The notes beneath the pieces were generated by a model. The model worked only from the letters and a program-made list of their open reading frames with translations, made no database searches and had not been told where the DNA came from. From assembly GCA_965222615.1 (NCBI GenBank), contig CBDCUI010000009.1, positions 96,001 through 160,000 on the forward strand: a stretch of DNA of 64,000 bases, given 5' to 3'. Within the stretch, counting starts at the first letter, position 1. Each line of letters opens with the position of its first letter. This document shows positions 19,196 through 29,076 of this stretch, one piece after another. This DNA is from Gammaproteobacteria bacterium (GTDB lineage Bacteria; Pseudomonadota; Gammaproteobacteria; UBA4575). Made by a program: the position numbers and the translations under genes.

Positions 19196-20797
19196 ATGTC
19201 AGCACAAGTACAGACTCTAGATATTTCTCCAGTCGGACGCGTTGAAGGGGATCTTGATGTCCGCGTCGATGTTGAAGACGGCGTAGTCGTTAATGCATGG
19301 ACTTCAGCAGAATTATTTAGAGGGTTTGAAATCATCTTACGCGATAAAGATCCTCAAGCCGGTTTAGTGGTAACCCCACGTGCCTGCGGAATATGTGGTG
19401 CATCTCACTTAACTTGCGCCGCATGGGCATTGGATACTGCATGGCAAACCGAAGTACCTAGAAATGCCATCATTGCGCGTAACTTAGGTCAACTCGCTGA
19501 AAGTATTCAGAGCCTACCAAGGCACCACTATGGTTTGTTCATGATCGATATGACCAATAAGAATTATCAGAACAGTCAGTATTATGAAGAAGCAGTAAAA
19601 CGTTGGGCGCCTTTTACCGGTACAAACTATGAACTAGGGGTGACCATTTCCGGAAGACCCGTAGAGATTTATGCGATGTTGGGTGGCCAATGGCCGCATT
19701 CCAGTTATATGGTTCCAGGTGGCGTGATGTGTTCACCAACCTTAACCGATGTGACTCGTGCCTGGTCGATTCTGGAACACTTTCGTACCAATTGGCTAGA
19801 GCCAATGTGGTTTGGCTGTTCCTTAGAACGCTATGAAGAAATTCAAACCTATGATGATTTCATGGCTTGGCTCGATGAAAAACCAGAACATGCCAATTCT
19901 GATTTAGGCATGTACTGGCGTATGGGAATGGATGTTGGCCTAGATAAATATGGCAAAGGTTTGGGGAAATATGTTTCTTGGGGGTATTTACCTCATGAAG
20001 ACAAATATAATCGCCCAACCATTGACGGTCGTAATGCGGCCGTGCAAATGCCTAGTGGTGTTTATGATAGTGCCACCGATACGCATAAGTTGATGAATCA
20101 AAGTTTTGCACGTGAAGATGTTACACACTCTTGGTATGTAAACTCAGATGGGCCTGTACATCCGTTCGATCGCACCACGCAACCTGTTCCTAAGAATGAT
20201 TCGGATTATAACGATAAATATTCTTGGGCGACTGCAGTTATGCATCATGAAAATGGTCATCTAGAGGCAGGCCCATTAGCAAGAGAATTGATCTATGGCG
20301 GCGATCATATGGAAAGCTGGCAGCATAGGGATGGACTGGTATTGGATATGTGTAAAAAAATGGGTGGTGCAAATGTGTTACTACGACATTTTGCACGAAT
20401 GCATGAAGCCAAGTACCTGTATCGACAAATTGAAAGATGTCTACGCGAATTCCGTTTAGATGAACCTTTCTATAACAAGCCTAATGAAACAGACGGACAA
20501 GGATGGGGAGCCACCGAGGCGATTCGTGGTGCATTGTGTCATTGGATAAAGGTTGAAGGTGGCAAGATTAATAACTATCAAATCATTGCACCTACAACTT
20601 GGAATGTTGGTCCACGTACCGGTGAAGGTGAGCGAGGACCAATTGAAGAGGCACTGATTGGTACTCCGATTGCTGATCCTAGCGATCCTGTCGAAGTCGG
20701 TCATGTTGCACGTTCGTATGATTCTTGTTTGGTATGTACGGTGCATGCACATGACGCGAAAACAGGCAAAGAATTAGCAAGATTTCAAACCTCTTAA
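19196..20797 (+). CDS. [NiFe]-hydrogenase large subunit, group 2a-type
   Basis: RVEGDL, L1 motif PRACGICGASH, L2 motif SYDSCLVCTVH plus a cleavable C-terminal tail. Confidence 0.95.
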   Translation: MSAQVQTLDISPVGRVEGDLDVRVDVEDGVVVNAWTSAELFRGFEIILRDKDPQAGLVVTPRACGICGASHLTCAAWALDTAWQTEVPRNAIIARNLGQLAESIQSLPRHHYGLFMIDMTNKNYQNSQYYEEAVKRWAPFTGTNYELGVTISGRPVEIYAMLGGQWPHSSYMVPGGVMCSPTLTDVTRAWSILEHFRTNWLEPMWFGCSLERYEEIQTYDDFMAWLDEKPEHANSDLGMYWRMGMDVGLDKYGKGLGKYVSWGYLPHEDKYNRPTIDGRNAAVQMPSGVYDSATDTHKLMNQSFAREDVTHSWYVNSDGPVHPFDRTTQPVPKNDSDYNDKYSWATAVMHHENGHLEAGPLARELIYGGDHMESWQHRDGLVLDMCKKMGGANVLLRHFARMHEAKYLYRQIERCLREFRLDEPFYNKPNETDGQGWGATEAIRGALCHWIKVEGGKINNYQIIAPTTWNVGPRTGEGERGPIEEALIGTPIADPSDPVEVGHVARSYDSCLVCTVHAHDAKTGKELARFQTS

Positions 20798-20805
20798 AGA
20801 GAGTT

Positions 20806-20843
20806 ATAACGCCGGTGTTTTCCGTCCACTGGCGTTATTTTTT
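20806..20843 (+). terminator. intrinsic terminator or stabilising hairpin after the large subunit gene
   Basis: ATAACGCCGGTG-loop-CACTGGCGTTAT followed by TTTTT. Confidence 0.75.
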
Positions 20844-20881
20844 AAATCATGCTGATAAACACTAATAGGGAGTCGTGATTA

Positions 20882-21196
20882 GTGAGTAATGCCGATGACG
20901 ATGCATTGCGAGATCGAATCGCTAGATTGATGCAAAATGGTTTGGAGACATTAACCGAACCGTTTCCAGAAGATAATCATCAATTCGAAGACATACTCGA
21001 ACAACTTCGTGGACTAAATGACGATAATCTAGAAGAAAAACTCGTCATATCTGGCTTTGTTGATCATCCTTATGGGCCTGATGAACAACGTTGTCTTGAG
21101 TGTATGTACTACCTTGTGCACCGCAAATGGTGTGATCTTCCAGAACTTGCCGTACCAGTCGAGGCGGATTGGTGGTGCAGGTTGTGGAGGATTTAA
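20882..21196 (+). CDS. small acidic Cys4 protein, HiPIP-like motif (paralog 1)
   Basis: C-x2-C-x9-C-x14-C ending WWCRLWRI; GGGAG RBS. Confidence 0.7.
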   Translation: MSNADDDALRDRIARLMQNGLETLTEPFPEDNHQFEDILEQLRGLNDDNLEEKLVISGFVDHPYGPDEQRCLECMYYLVHRKWCDLPELAVPVEADWWCRLWRI

Positions 21197-21220
21197 ATTC
21201 ATTTTTACTTACCTTAAACC

Positions 21221-21571
21221 ATGGGTCCCGAGAATCAAGATTCAGTCGCGAGCGCAACTTCTATAGATGAGAACTCACTTAGACAAGCTTTAAAAGCGCG
21301 TTTATCTCATTTGAAAACAGAAATTGAGCCTCGTGCATACAGCCATGAAGAAATTCTAGAAATAGTTTCCAGGCTGCAAAAGCTGGATGACGACGATTAT
21401 GACGAAAAACTTGTTACCGCTGGGTTCACATTAGAACCATATGGTGAAGCAGATGATGAACAAGCTTGTGAGACCTGCATGTATTACCAAGTACATCGAA
21501 AGTTTTGTGAGCTACCCGAGCTTATGCTTCCAGTAGAAGCAGAATGGTCATGTCGTTTGTGGAGAATTTAA
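21221..21571 (+). CDS. small acidic Cys4 protein, HiPIP-like motif (paralog 2)
   Basis: CETCMYYQVHRKFCELPELMLPVEAEWSCRLWRI, clearly homologous to the preceding ORF. Confidence 0.7.
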   Translation: MGPENQDSVASATSIDENSLRQALKARLSHLKTEIEPRAYSHEEILEIVSRLQKLDDDDYDEKLVTAGFTLEPYGEADDEQACETCMYYQVHRKFCELPELMLPVEAEWSCRLWRI

Positions 21572-21604
21572 TAAATAACAACAAAAAGCAAAAAAGGGGA
21601 ATTT

Positions 21605-22234
21605 ATGAACTTGAATAAAGTATTGCGTGATTTGTCTGGAGCAACGATTAGAATTATTGCTTGCTTATCTATTCTATACCCAGTTATAGGTCATACCGAA
21701 GCAGGGGATTGGATGATACGAACAACGATAATTGGTGTAATTCCAGATACCGATTCAAAGTCATCTATTGGCTTAGATCTCGATGCCGATGATGAAGCAT
21801 CAGTGGCAGTAGATGGTACTTATTTTTTTACTAATAACATTGCACTAAATGTGTTGGCAACATTTTTAAGTCCTGATATTGATTCTGATGTTGGTGATCT
21901 TGGATCAGTGGATTTAATTCCACCAATATTTACACTGCAATACCATTTTTCTCCTGGAGAAACTGTCAGCCCATATGTTGGGATAGGGTTTAACTACAAT
22001 ATTTTCTATAATGAATCTGGACAACTCGACGCCTTGGATGTAGATGTAGAAAATACATTTGGTTTTGTTGTCCAAGCAGGTATGGACTACGGAATAAATG
22101 AAAATCTTTCATTTAATTTAGATTTAAAATACCTGACATTTGATGCAGATGTCGATATTGATGCTTTAGGTGTAGAAGATGAGCTTGAATACGATGCCTT
22201 CATTATTGGAGCAGGTTTGGGCTACCGTTTTTAG
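21605..22234 (+). CDS. OmpW-family outer membrane beta-barrel
   Basis: Signal peptide, AGDW, PPIFTLQYHF, PYVGIG, terminal GLGYRF. Confidence 0.88.
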   Translation: MNLNKVLRDLSGATIRIIACLSILYPVIGHTEAGDWMIRTTIIGVIPDTDSKSSIGLDLDADDEASVAVDGTYFFTNNIALNVLATFLSPDIDSDVGDLGSVDLIPPIFTLQYHFSPGETVSPYVGIGFNYNIFYNESGQLDALDVDVENTFGFVVQAGMDYGINENLSFNLDLKYLTFDADVDIDALGVEDELEYDAFIIGAGLGYRF

Positions 22235-22558
22235 GCTAGTAATATTTTGTATTTTATTCTGTCGGAGTTTAAATGACAGATGTCGCTTATAATAAAGTTG
22301 TTGTTTGCCTTGATGACTTTGATACACAAATGCTTCAATTAAATAATTGAAAGCTAGATAAAGTATTTCAAGGCAAACAAGATAATTTTTATTTCGCTTA
22401 TGGCGAAGCGATGTCACACGCCAGCTACTACATTGGTAAATGTCCGGTTGGAATACGTGCTGCAGAAGATCATGGCAACTTTTTTTGGGAGGTTTACCTG
22501 CAGATAGTAGGGTAGATGCGTTAAAATTGATAATTGTTTCAATACGTATTCTTAAGTC

Positions 22559-23035
22559 ATGCTATCTATAATTGGCTGTGGAAATCCAAATCGTCAAGAT
22601 GATGGTGTAGGTGTTCATGTAGTTCAACGATTAATGGAATCTACCAAGGACCTCCATGCTGAAAATATACGTATATTTGATGCCGGGACTTCAGGAATGG
22701 ACGTCATGTTTCAGGCCAGAGGCAGTGATTCCCTAATTATTATTGACGCCAATCAAAGCGGTTCTAAAGCGGGAAGCATCTTTCAAGTGCCTGGTGAAGA
22801 ATTAGAAAATGTTCCTGAGCCAAGCTATAACCTACATGATTTTCGCTGGGACCATGCGCTTTACGCCGGCAGAAAAATTTATAAAGAAGATTTTCCAACA
22901 GACATTACCGTATTCTTGATTGAGGCAGAGTCTTTAGACTTAGGTACGGAATTGACGCAAAGCGTCGAACAAGCTTCTAATAGAGTGGTGGAATTGGTGT
23001 TAGAACGAATCGGCACTTATCTAAGTAAAAAATGA
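22559..23035 (+). CDS. hydrogenase maturation endopeptidase
   Basis: IGCGNPNRQDDGVG, DAGTSG, IIIDA, LHDFRW. Confidence 0.92.
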   Translation: MLSIIGCGNPNRQDDGVGVHVVQRLMESTKDLHAENIRIFDAGTSGMDVMFQARGSDSLIIIDANQSGSKAGSIFQVPGEELENVPEPSYNLHDFRWDHALYAGRKIYKEDFPTDITVFLIEAESLDLGTELTQSVEQASNRVVELVLERIGTYLSKK

Positions 23036-23331
23036 TGCACCAGATGACTCTAAACAACGGAAATTTGTACTTAAATAGTGACTTATGTGATACATATTTT
23101 AAATCAATCGATTCAGTTGCTTTATTGCGAAAAAATTCTAAATTCTTATTAGTACCGGTACAACAAGCAGGAGGTGGTCTGCTTTTAAAGATTCGTAATG
23201 TAAAAGGAGATCGGGTAGTGCATGCGATAGAGTTTTTTCAAAGTCATGGTATAGAAACTAATAAACCTATAACACTAGATGTAGAATGGAATTCAGACTA
23301 TGCTGCTCTAACATTTGAAATAACAATTTAG
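23032..23331 (+). CDS. hypothetical protein coupled to the hydrogenase protease gene
   Basis: ATGA overlap; GGGLLLKIRNVKGDRVVHA core. Confidence 0.7.
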   Translation: MMHQMTLNNGNLYLNSDLCDTYFKSIDSVALLRKNSKFLLVPVQQAGGGLLLKIRNVKGDRVVHAIEFFQSHGIETNKPITLDVEWNSDYAALTFEITI

Positions 23332-23341
23332 GCGTAGGTTT

Positions 23342-23683
23342 ATGGGTTTTTATGCTTTCAAGGTAATTGTGACCGTTGCCATCATTATTTTAGTCACCGA
23401 AATCAGTAAACGAGACACAATTTTCGGCGGTTTAATTGCATCCCTGCCACTCATATCTTTTCTATCTTTTATTTGGTTATATGTGGATACACAAGATACC
23501 AATAGAATTGCGCAACTTTCCATGCAAATATTTTGGCTAGTAATTCCGTCGCTGTTTTTTTTCGTAGCCTTTACTTGGCTAATTAAACTTCAATTTGGAT
23601 TTGCCATAAGCATGGTGGCAGCAACCATCGTTATGCTTATCGGTTATGGCATTACTACCTATCTATTGAGACAGTTTGCATAA
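23342..23683 (+). CDS. DUF3147-like small membrane protein
   Basis: EISKR...GGLIASLPLISFL...W; four hydrophobic segments. Confidence 0.7.
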   Translation: MGFYAFKVIVTVAIIILVTEISKRDTIFGGLIASLPLISFLSFIWLYVDTQDTNRIAQLSMQIFWLVIPSLFFFVAFTWLIKLQFGFAISMVAATIVMLIGYGITTYLLRQFA

Positions 23684-23700
23684 GTATATAAGGAGAAACC

Positions 23701-24108
23701 ATGTCAAAGGCTAAACTTACTTGCACACATCCAATAATGAAATCGATTCAATGGATTGAGTGGGCTGGCTTAGCATTAATAACGATCGCGACAATTATTG
23801 CTATTCTTCAAGAGGTCTACACAGTTTTTTTAAAACAACGCGTGGAACTACATGATATCTTGTTATTATTCATATACTTAGAAGTAATGACCATGGTTGC
23901 CTTATATCTCACCAGCGGCAAGCTTCCTGTTCGTTATCCAATTTATATTGCCATCGTTGCTATAGCTCGTTTTGTAATCTTAGATATGAAAGAACTTGGG
24001 GCAGTTGATGTAATCTGGCTTACAATTTCGATTTTAATTTTAACGATTGCAGCGTTAGTGCTTCGATATGGAACAACTGCTTTTCCATATAAGGAAAATA
24101 TAGAGTGA
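23701..24108 (+). CDS. PsiE-family membrane protein
   Basis: DILLLFIYLEV and LPVRYPIYIAIVAIAR. Confidence 0.85.
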   Translation: MSKAKLTCTHPIMKSIQWIEWAGLALITIATIIAILQEVYTVFLKQRVELHDILLLFIYLEVMTMVALYLTSGKLPVRYPIYIAIVAIARFVILDMKELGAVDVIWLTISILILTIAALVLRYGTTAFPYKENIE

Positions 24109-24124
24109 CAATAAATTACAGGTA

Positions 24125-25339
24125 TTAGATCTTAACCTGCATAATTTTCCACATAATGAATACGCCAAGTGCGCCCCATAAGGCCATGGCCAATATCAAT
24201 AGCCATCCAAGTACAGTCGTGTATAGCAAACTAAATGTTTCTGGTTGAAAGGTATTTAAAATCCAAGCTAAAAAGAAGGGGATGATTCCAATTATAATTG
24301 CTTGTGCTCGACCTTCTGCAGTCATGGTTAGAATTTTCTCTTTTACGCGTTGCCGTTCGCGAATAATATAAGCAATATTTTGAAAGGCTTCGGGCAAGTT
24401 ACCGCCTGTTTCAGCTAAGGTCGCAGTTGTGTTGACTAACACCTTAGTATCTTCAGTAGGCATACGAACCGCTAACCCAGACATGGCATCCTCAAGAGAT
24501 TTTCCAAGTTGGTACTCTTTTAATAACAATCCGAATTCTTGATTAGTAGGGATAGGCATTTGTTTAGCTACAACTTCAAGAGATTGTTGTAAACTGAGTC
24601 CAGCTTGTAAGGCATTACTCATGATGCCTAAAGTGTCTGCAAGCTGTTTATCAAAACGTTGCATTCTACGTTTGCGCAGATGAGAAATTATACCTCCTGC
24701 TAACTTGAAACCTAATAATCCAAATATTGTGCAGAATAATATGCGCAAGAATAAGTAACCAAGGCCTTCATCTTTTGAGCCATAGAGCGAATCGATATCT
24801 ATGCTTGTTTTACTTGCTTCTGCTGCACGCCGCATCTCAAAGTCTGCATTGGTGAATTCTTTCATAAGTTGGTAGGCGTAAGCCAAGTTAGAGTGTGCTT
24901 GACTATAGTTAGGTTCTAACTTTGTGGCACGTTTAAAATTTGAAATGGCATCTTCAAGATTATTCATTCCGAGATGACTAACGCCCATTTCGTTGTAAAC
25001 TAAAGGTGATTTGCTACGTTGGTAGTTAACTAGCATATTTAATGCTTGCTCATAGAGTCCGTGTTTATTTAATCGCATCGCATCATCAATCACTAGTTGA
25101 TTGATGCCAGAAAATCCACTAGGCAATAGAAAACCAATAATCGCTAAAATAAGTGCACTAATAGGTATAATTGTACTGGCAAGTTTTTTGGGATTCTCGA
25201 TAAAGAGAGCATCTAAATCATCTTCAGCTTTATTGCGTGCAATGGTCCATGATGTGCCTCCACCCCGTGCGGCATAACGTGTTATCAGCCAACTTGCGGC
25301 TAATAATGTTGCTAAAAATACGACAATTAAATAAAGCAT
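24125..25339 (-). CDS. TadB-like (T2SS F family) platform protein with an inserted TPR domain
   Basis: C-terminal QLADTL..MSNALQAGLSL, ETGGNL, MTAEGRAQA. TPRs (YNEMGVSHL, AHSNLAYAY) lie between TM helices. Start MLYLIVV at 25339. Confidence 0.85.
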   Translation of the reverse strand: MLYLIVVFLATLLAASWLITRYAARGGGTSWTIARNKAEDDLDALFIENPKKLASTIIPISALILAIIGFLLPSGFSGINQLVIDDAMRLNKHGLYEQALNMLVNYQRSKSPLVYNEMGVSHLGMNNLEDAISNFKRATKLEPNYSQAHSNLAYAYQLMKEFTNADFEMRRAAEASKTSIDIDSLYGSKDEGLGYLFLRILFCTIFGLLGFKLAGGIISHLRKRRMQRFDKQLADTLGIMSNALQAGLSLQQSLEVVAKQMPIPTNQEFGLLLKEYQLGKSLEDAMSGLAVRMPTEDTKVLVNTTATLAETGGNLPEAFQNIAYIIRERQRVKEKILTMTAEGRAQAIIIGIIPFFLAWILNTFQPETFSLLYTTVLGWLLILAMALWGALGVFIMWKIMQVKI

Positions 25340-25355
25340 GATGTTGTTTTTAATA

Positions 25356-27434
25356 TTACGATGACCAGAAAATTTCTCGTGGTATAGGTACTCCTGAAGT
25401 TTCAAATTTATCAACGCATTTAGGAATATATCCTGTGGATACAAAGCTACCTTGGATTTTCCCATTTTCATCAGGTGGAAGTTGCTCAAAGATAAAAACA
25501 TCTTGCACATCAATTATGCCATCTTCGATACCTGTTACCTCAGATACTTGAAGAATGCGCCGTGAGCCATCTTTAAGTCTTCCAATTTGAATCAATAAAT
25601 TTACAGCACCAACTATTTGTTCACGAATTGCTCGAGAAGGAAGCTCAAGTCCGGTGAACATCACTAATGTCTCTAAACGAGTTAAGGCTTCACTTGTGGA
25701 GTTCGCGTGTATAGTAGTCATGGAGCCATCATGACCCGTATTCATAGCTTGCAACATATCTAAAGCCTCACCAGAACGACATTCTCCAACAACAATACGA
25801 TCTGGTCTCATACGTAATGCATTCTTTACTAAATCACGAATTGTGACTTCACCTTTGCCTTCAATATTTGGCGGACGAGCCTCAAGTGTTACCACATGAG
25901 GTTGAACAAGTCGTAATTCAGCTGAGTCTTCAACGGTAATGATGCGTTGATCTGCAGGAATAAATGAAGATAGTGTGTTCAGCAAAGTGGTTTTACCGCT
26001 ACTAGTTCCTCCAGACACAATGATGTTAAGTTTACTTACAACCGCAGAATTCAAGAAATCTGAAAGTTGTTTGTTTATAGTGCCAAAAGAAATTAAATCA
26101 TCTATTCCAAATACCGTTTTTGAAAATTTTCGTATAGTTAAAGTAGCTCCTTTCAATGCTAGAGGAGGGATGATGGCATTCACTCGGGAGCCGTCGGCGA
26201 GGCGCGCATCGACCATAGGTGAACTTAAATCTATGCGTCGGCCTAGTGGCGCAACAATGCGCTCTATAATACAGCGCAACTGATTTTCAGAAAGAAATTT
26301 TTGTGATGTTATTTCAAGTTTGCCTTTTCGTTCGACATAAATTTGGTCCCAGCGATTTACCATTATTTCTGTTATAGACGGATCATCCAATAGATCTTCT
26401 AAAGGTCCTAACTTTAATACTTCTTGTAATACTTCTACTACAATGCGGTCTCTTATATCGCGTTGTCGAATGTCTGTTTCATGATCGAGTATTTCAACAA
26501 TGCGGCTGCGAACAATATTTTCTAACTCGCGAATCTTCTCAGGATCATCTTGTACTTCAGTATCAAGTCTTTTTAAATCAGGCAAGTGTAAAACTTTTTG
26601 ATGTATGTCTAGTTTCACGCGATCTAAATCTTCTTCGCTAGGCACGCTTGAAGATTTAGATTTTATAGATAGATCATTTTCATGTTGCAGCAGTCCAGAA
26701 GAAGGTTTTTGCAATAGTTGCAAAATTAGTTTTTCTAATTCTTTGCGTATTGGAGATTTAAGGGAGGCCTTTTTGTCGGTTTCCAAGTAAGGGAAAGGGG
26801 TTTGTAGATGTTTAGGGATAACTGCCGATAAATCTACACCCATATGAGTTTTTACCCATTCTGGTGTGATCGACTCATGGCCATTACGCATATTTAATGC
26901 AACATGCATTAAGGTATGAGTAAAGTTTCTTTGTTGTAAAAGCTCAAGATCTTCAGTAGTACTGCGTAAACTAACTGGATCGCTTTCAGTTAATAAAATA
27001 ATACCATCGGCTAAATCCATAATACTTTGTGCTAACGGGCCAAGAGGTAACCCTAAGTCAACAACGATGAACCGATAACGCTGCGAAATCTTTTTGAGTA
27101 ATGTTTTTAATAACTCCGCATTTTCATCTGTATCCGGTGTACTTTGTGATTTACCACTTACTAATCCAAGCAAATTAATTCCTGACAAATGATTAGTAGC
27201 ATAACTCGCCAATACATTTGGGTTAATGGTGCTAGCCATTGGTAACAAACTATCTACATAACGAATTCCATTTACGTTTAATGCAGCAGGCACATCGTTA
27301 GAAATTGGAACGTTACAATCCAGTAACAACACAGCTGACTTAGTTTCTTCATGAAGTCCTGTGGCAAGATTCACAGCAGCAAACGTTTTGCCTGCGCCTC
27401 CCTTAGAACTATATGTGGCATACAAGCGTGCCAT
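25356..27434 (-). CDS. TadZ/CpaE (MinD-like) - TadA/CpaF ATPase fusion
   Basis: N-terminal deviant Walker A SKGGAGKT; C-terminal [32 protein letters not shown]. Start MARL at 27434. Confidence 0.9.
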   Translation of the reverse strand: MARLYATYSSKGGAGKTFAAVNLATGLHEETKSAVLLLDCNVPISNDVPAALNVNGIRYVDSLLPMASTINPNVLASYATNHLSGINLLGLVSGKSQSTPDTDENAELLKTLLKKISQRYRFIVVDLGLPLGPLAQSIMDLADGIILLTESDPVSLRSTTEDLELLQQRNFTHTLMHVALNMRNGHESITPEWVKTHMGVDLSAVIPKHLQTPFPYLETDKKASLKSPIRKELEKLILQLLQKPSSGLLQHENDLSIKSKSSSVPSEEDLDRVKLDIHQKVLHLPDLKRLDTEVQDDPEKIRELENIVRSRIVEILDHETDIRQRDIRDRIVVEVLQEVLKLGPLEDLLDDPSITEIMVNRWDQIYVERKGKLEITSQKFLSENQLRCIIERIVAPLGRRIDLSSPMVDARLADGSRVNAIIPPLALKGATLTIRKFSKTVFGIDDLISFGTINKQLSDFLNSAVVSKLNIIVSGGTSSGKTTLLNTLSSFIPADQRIITVEDSAELRLVQPHVVTLEARPPNIEGKGEVTIRDLVKNALRMRPDRIVVGECRSGEALDMLQAMNTGHDGSMTTIHANSTSEALTRLETLVMFTGLELPSRAIREQIVGAVNLLIQIGRLKDGSRRILQVSEVTGIEDGIIDVQDVFIFEQLPPDENGKIQGSFVSTGYIPKCVDKFETSGVPIPREIFWSS

Positions 27435-27566
27435 GACTAGATAGTATTTAAGTGAAATATGTAATAGTAAGTTTGTTAAAATCAAACTTACTATTAATAT
27501 AAAATGTTTGAGAGTTTATGTTTATGAGATTTGGCATAATAACCTCAACATATACTAATTATATTC

Positions 27567-29075
27567 TCATTCTTGGGTTTTGATGTTAGAGCGCTCATAT
27601 TCTTTAAAAGAACCTTCCACTTCACGACCAATTCTTTTCAAAGCATCGCCAGTATCTACTAGAGTTCTTGGTGTAATGAAGACAAATACTTCATTAGTAT
27701 CAATATCAAACACGTTGGGCTTATGCCGAGGTTGTGAGTTCGCTAAACGTTGTCCCAGATAAGGTCCTCCAGGTTGTTGATTTTTAACTTTTCTTTGTTG
27801 AGGTGTTCTTCTTGCAGTACCTTCAAATGATCGCACTTCACGTTGTCCTATTAAACCACCTAAAGCAAGACTTTCTTCTGAATCAACGTAAGCTGCAGTA
27901 TTTAATCTTGTTGTACTCAGTTGTGGTGCTCCACCAATACTTTCTCCAACAATAAAAGAAGACTCAACTCCAATAGACATATCAATTAATTCTTGAGGTG
28001 TAATCGTTGGCACGACTTCCAGTGTGAGTCCAACATCACGGTATTCAATTGAAACTGCTCCAGTGCCTTGAGCTACTGGTATCGGTATTTCATCTCCAAC
28101 AAAAAAAGTGGCAAGTTGTCCATTTTTAGTAATAATAGATTGTTGATACAAGGTTCGAGCTTTACCGTTTTGTTCAAGTTTGCGCAATTGAGGGAAGAGT
28201 GCATTGATAGTACCGGTTGTAAGATCACTACCATCACTCGATGCCGTTGCGTTGATATTCGCCTCTATTTCTAAATCCAATGAAAGATCTTTGAATGCAT
28301 CCCGCTCTATCTCCATAATACTAAGATCAACCTGAATCAATGGTTCAGCAAGTGGTGCACGAGGGGGGCGTTTTTTTGGTTTAGCAACGGCACGCTGAAC
28401 TTTTAATACATTAATAATTTCATCTGAATAGGCTCTGGCAATTTGTTCCGCGCGATTACGTGCATCCTCAGATCGTACCGTGCCTTCAAGGATATAATTA
28501 TTTCGTGTAGGTTTTACTTTTACAGTAGATATGCCAATGGTATTTCTTATTTCTTCTGCAATGATGTTTTTTAGAGTAGGGCTGGTTCTTACTAAATTAA
28601 CAACATTTGGCATTTCAGAAACCACATCTTCGACACGATTTAAATCTTCCTCAGAATAGACTTCACCTTCAACTACAACGCGATCACCAGCAATTCTAAC
28701 GCTGACTCCTTCAATGTCTTGCAATAGTCGTTGCACGTCTTCAGATAGAGACTGGGAATCTTTTACACGTCCTACTGTAACAACTAATTCTTGACGAAGG
28801 TTTTGTTTGTCCCAAAGTAGAATGTTTGTACTACCAACTTGTTTTGCATTTAACAATATTTCTTGTGGACCAACTCGTGTTGTTTCGCATACTTCTGGAT
28901 CTCCGGTGCCTATTTTTGCAACTTCAAAGTCAGTTTCAATTACTTGGCTTTGACCTGGCTGCATTTGTATTTTAATTTTTTCAGCAGTAAATGCAGTTTG
29001 ATAGCATAAGGATAATAGAAATATAAAGATTATTAATTTGAATACGCTGTTGCTTAATCTATAAAACACACGCAT
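27567..29075 (-). CDS. Tad secretin RcpA/CpaC with BON-like domains
   Basis: Signal peptide, pilus-assembly N domain (GSTNILLWD), F.VGDEIPIP, YRDVGLTLEVVP, LGGL, FITPR. Confidence 0.87.
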   Translation of the reverse strand: MRVFYRLSNSVFKLIIFIFLLSLCYQTAFTAEKIKIQMQPGQSQVIETDFEVAKIGTGDPEVCETTRVGPQEILLNAKQVGSTNILLWDKQNLRQELVVTVGRVKDSQSLSEDVQRLLQDIEGVSVRIAGDRVVVEGEVYSEEDLNRVEDVVSEMPNVVNLVRTSPTLKNIIAEEIRNTIGISTVKVKPTRNNYILEGTVRSEDARNRAEQIARAYSDEIINVLKVQRAVAKPKKRPPRAPLAEPLIQVDLSIMEIERDAFKDLSLDLEIEANINATASSDGSDLTTGTINALFPQLRKLEQNGKARTLYQQSIITKNGQLATFFVGDEIPIPVAQGTGAVSIEYRDVGLTLEVVPTITPQELIDMSIGVESSFIVGESIGGAPQLSTTRLNTAAYVDSEESLALGGLIGQREVRSFEGTARRTPQQRKVKNQQPGGPYLGQRLANSQPRHKPNVFDIDTNEVFVFITPRTLVDTGDALKRIGREVEGSFKEYERSNIKTQE

Positions 29076-29076
29076 G

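Noticed and set aside
20710-20750. [NiFeSe] hydrogenase
   Set aside because: The L2 motif uses TGT Cys codons (SCLVC); there is no in-frame TGA.
22321-22515. Possible gene remnant or 34-aa ORF (MSHASYYIGKCPVG...) between ompW and the protease
   Set aside because: Looks coding-like, but I cannot assign a family or a good RBS; needs BLASTX.
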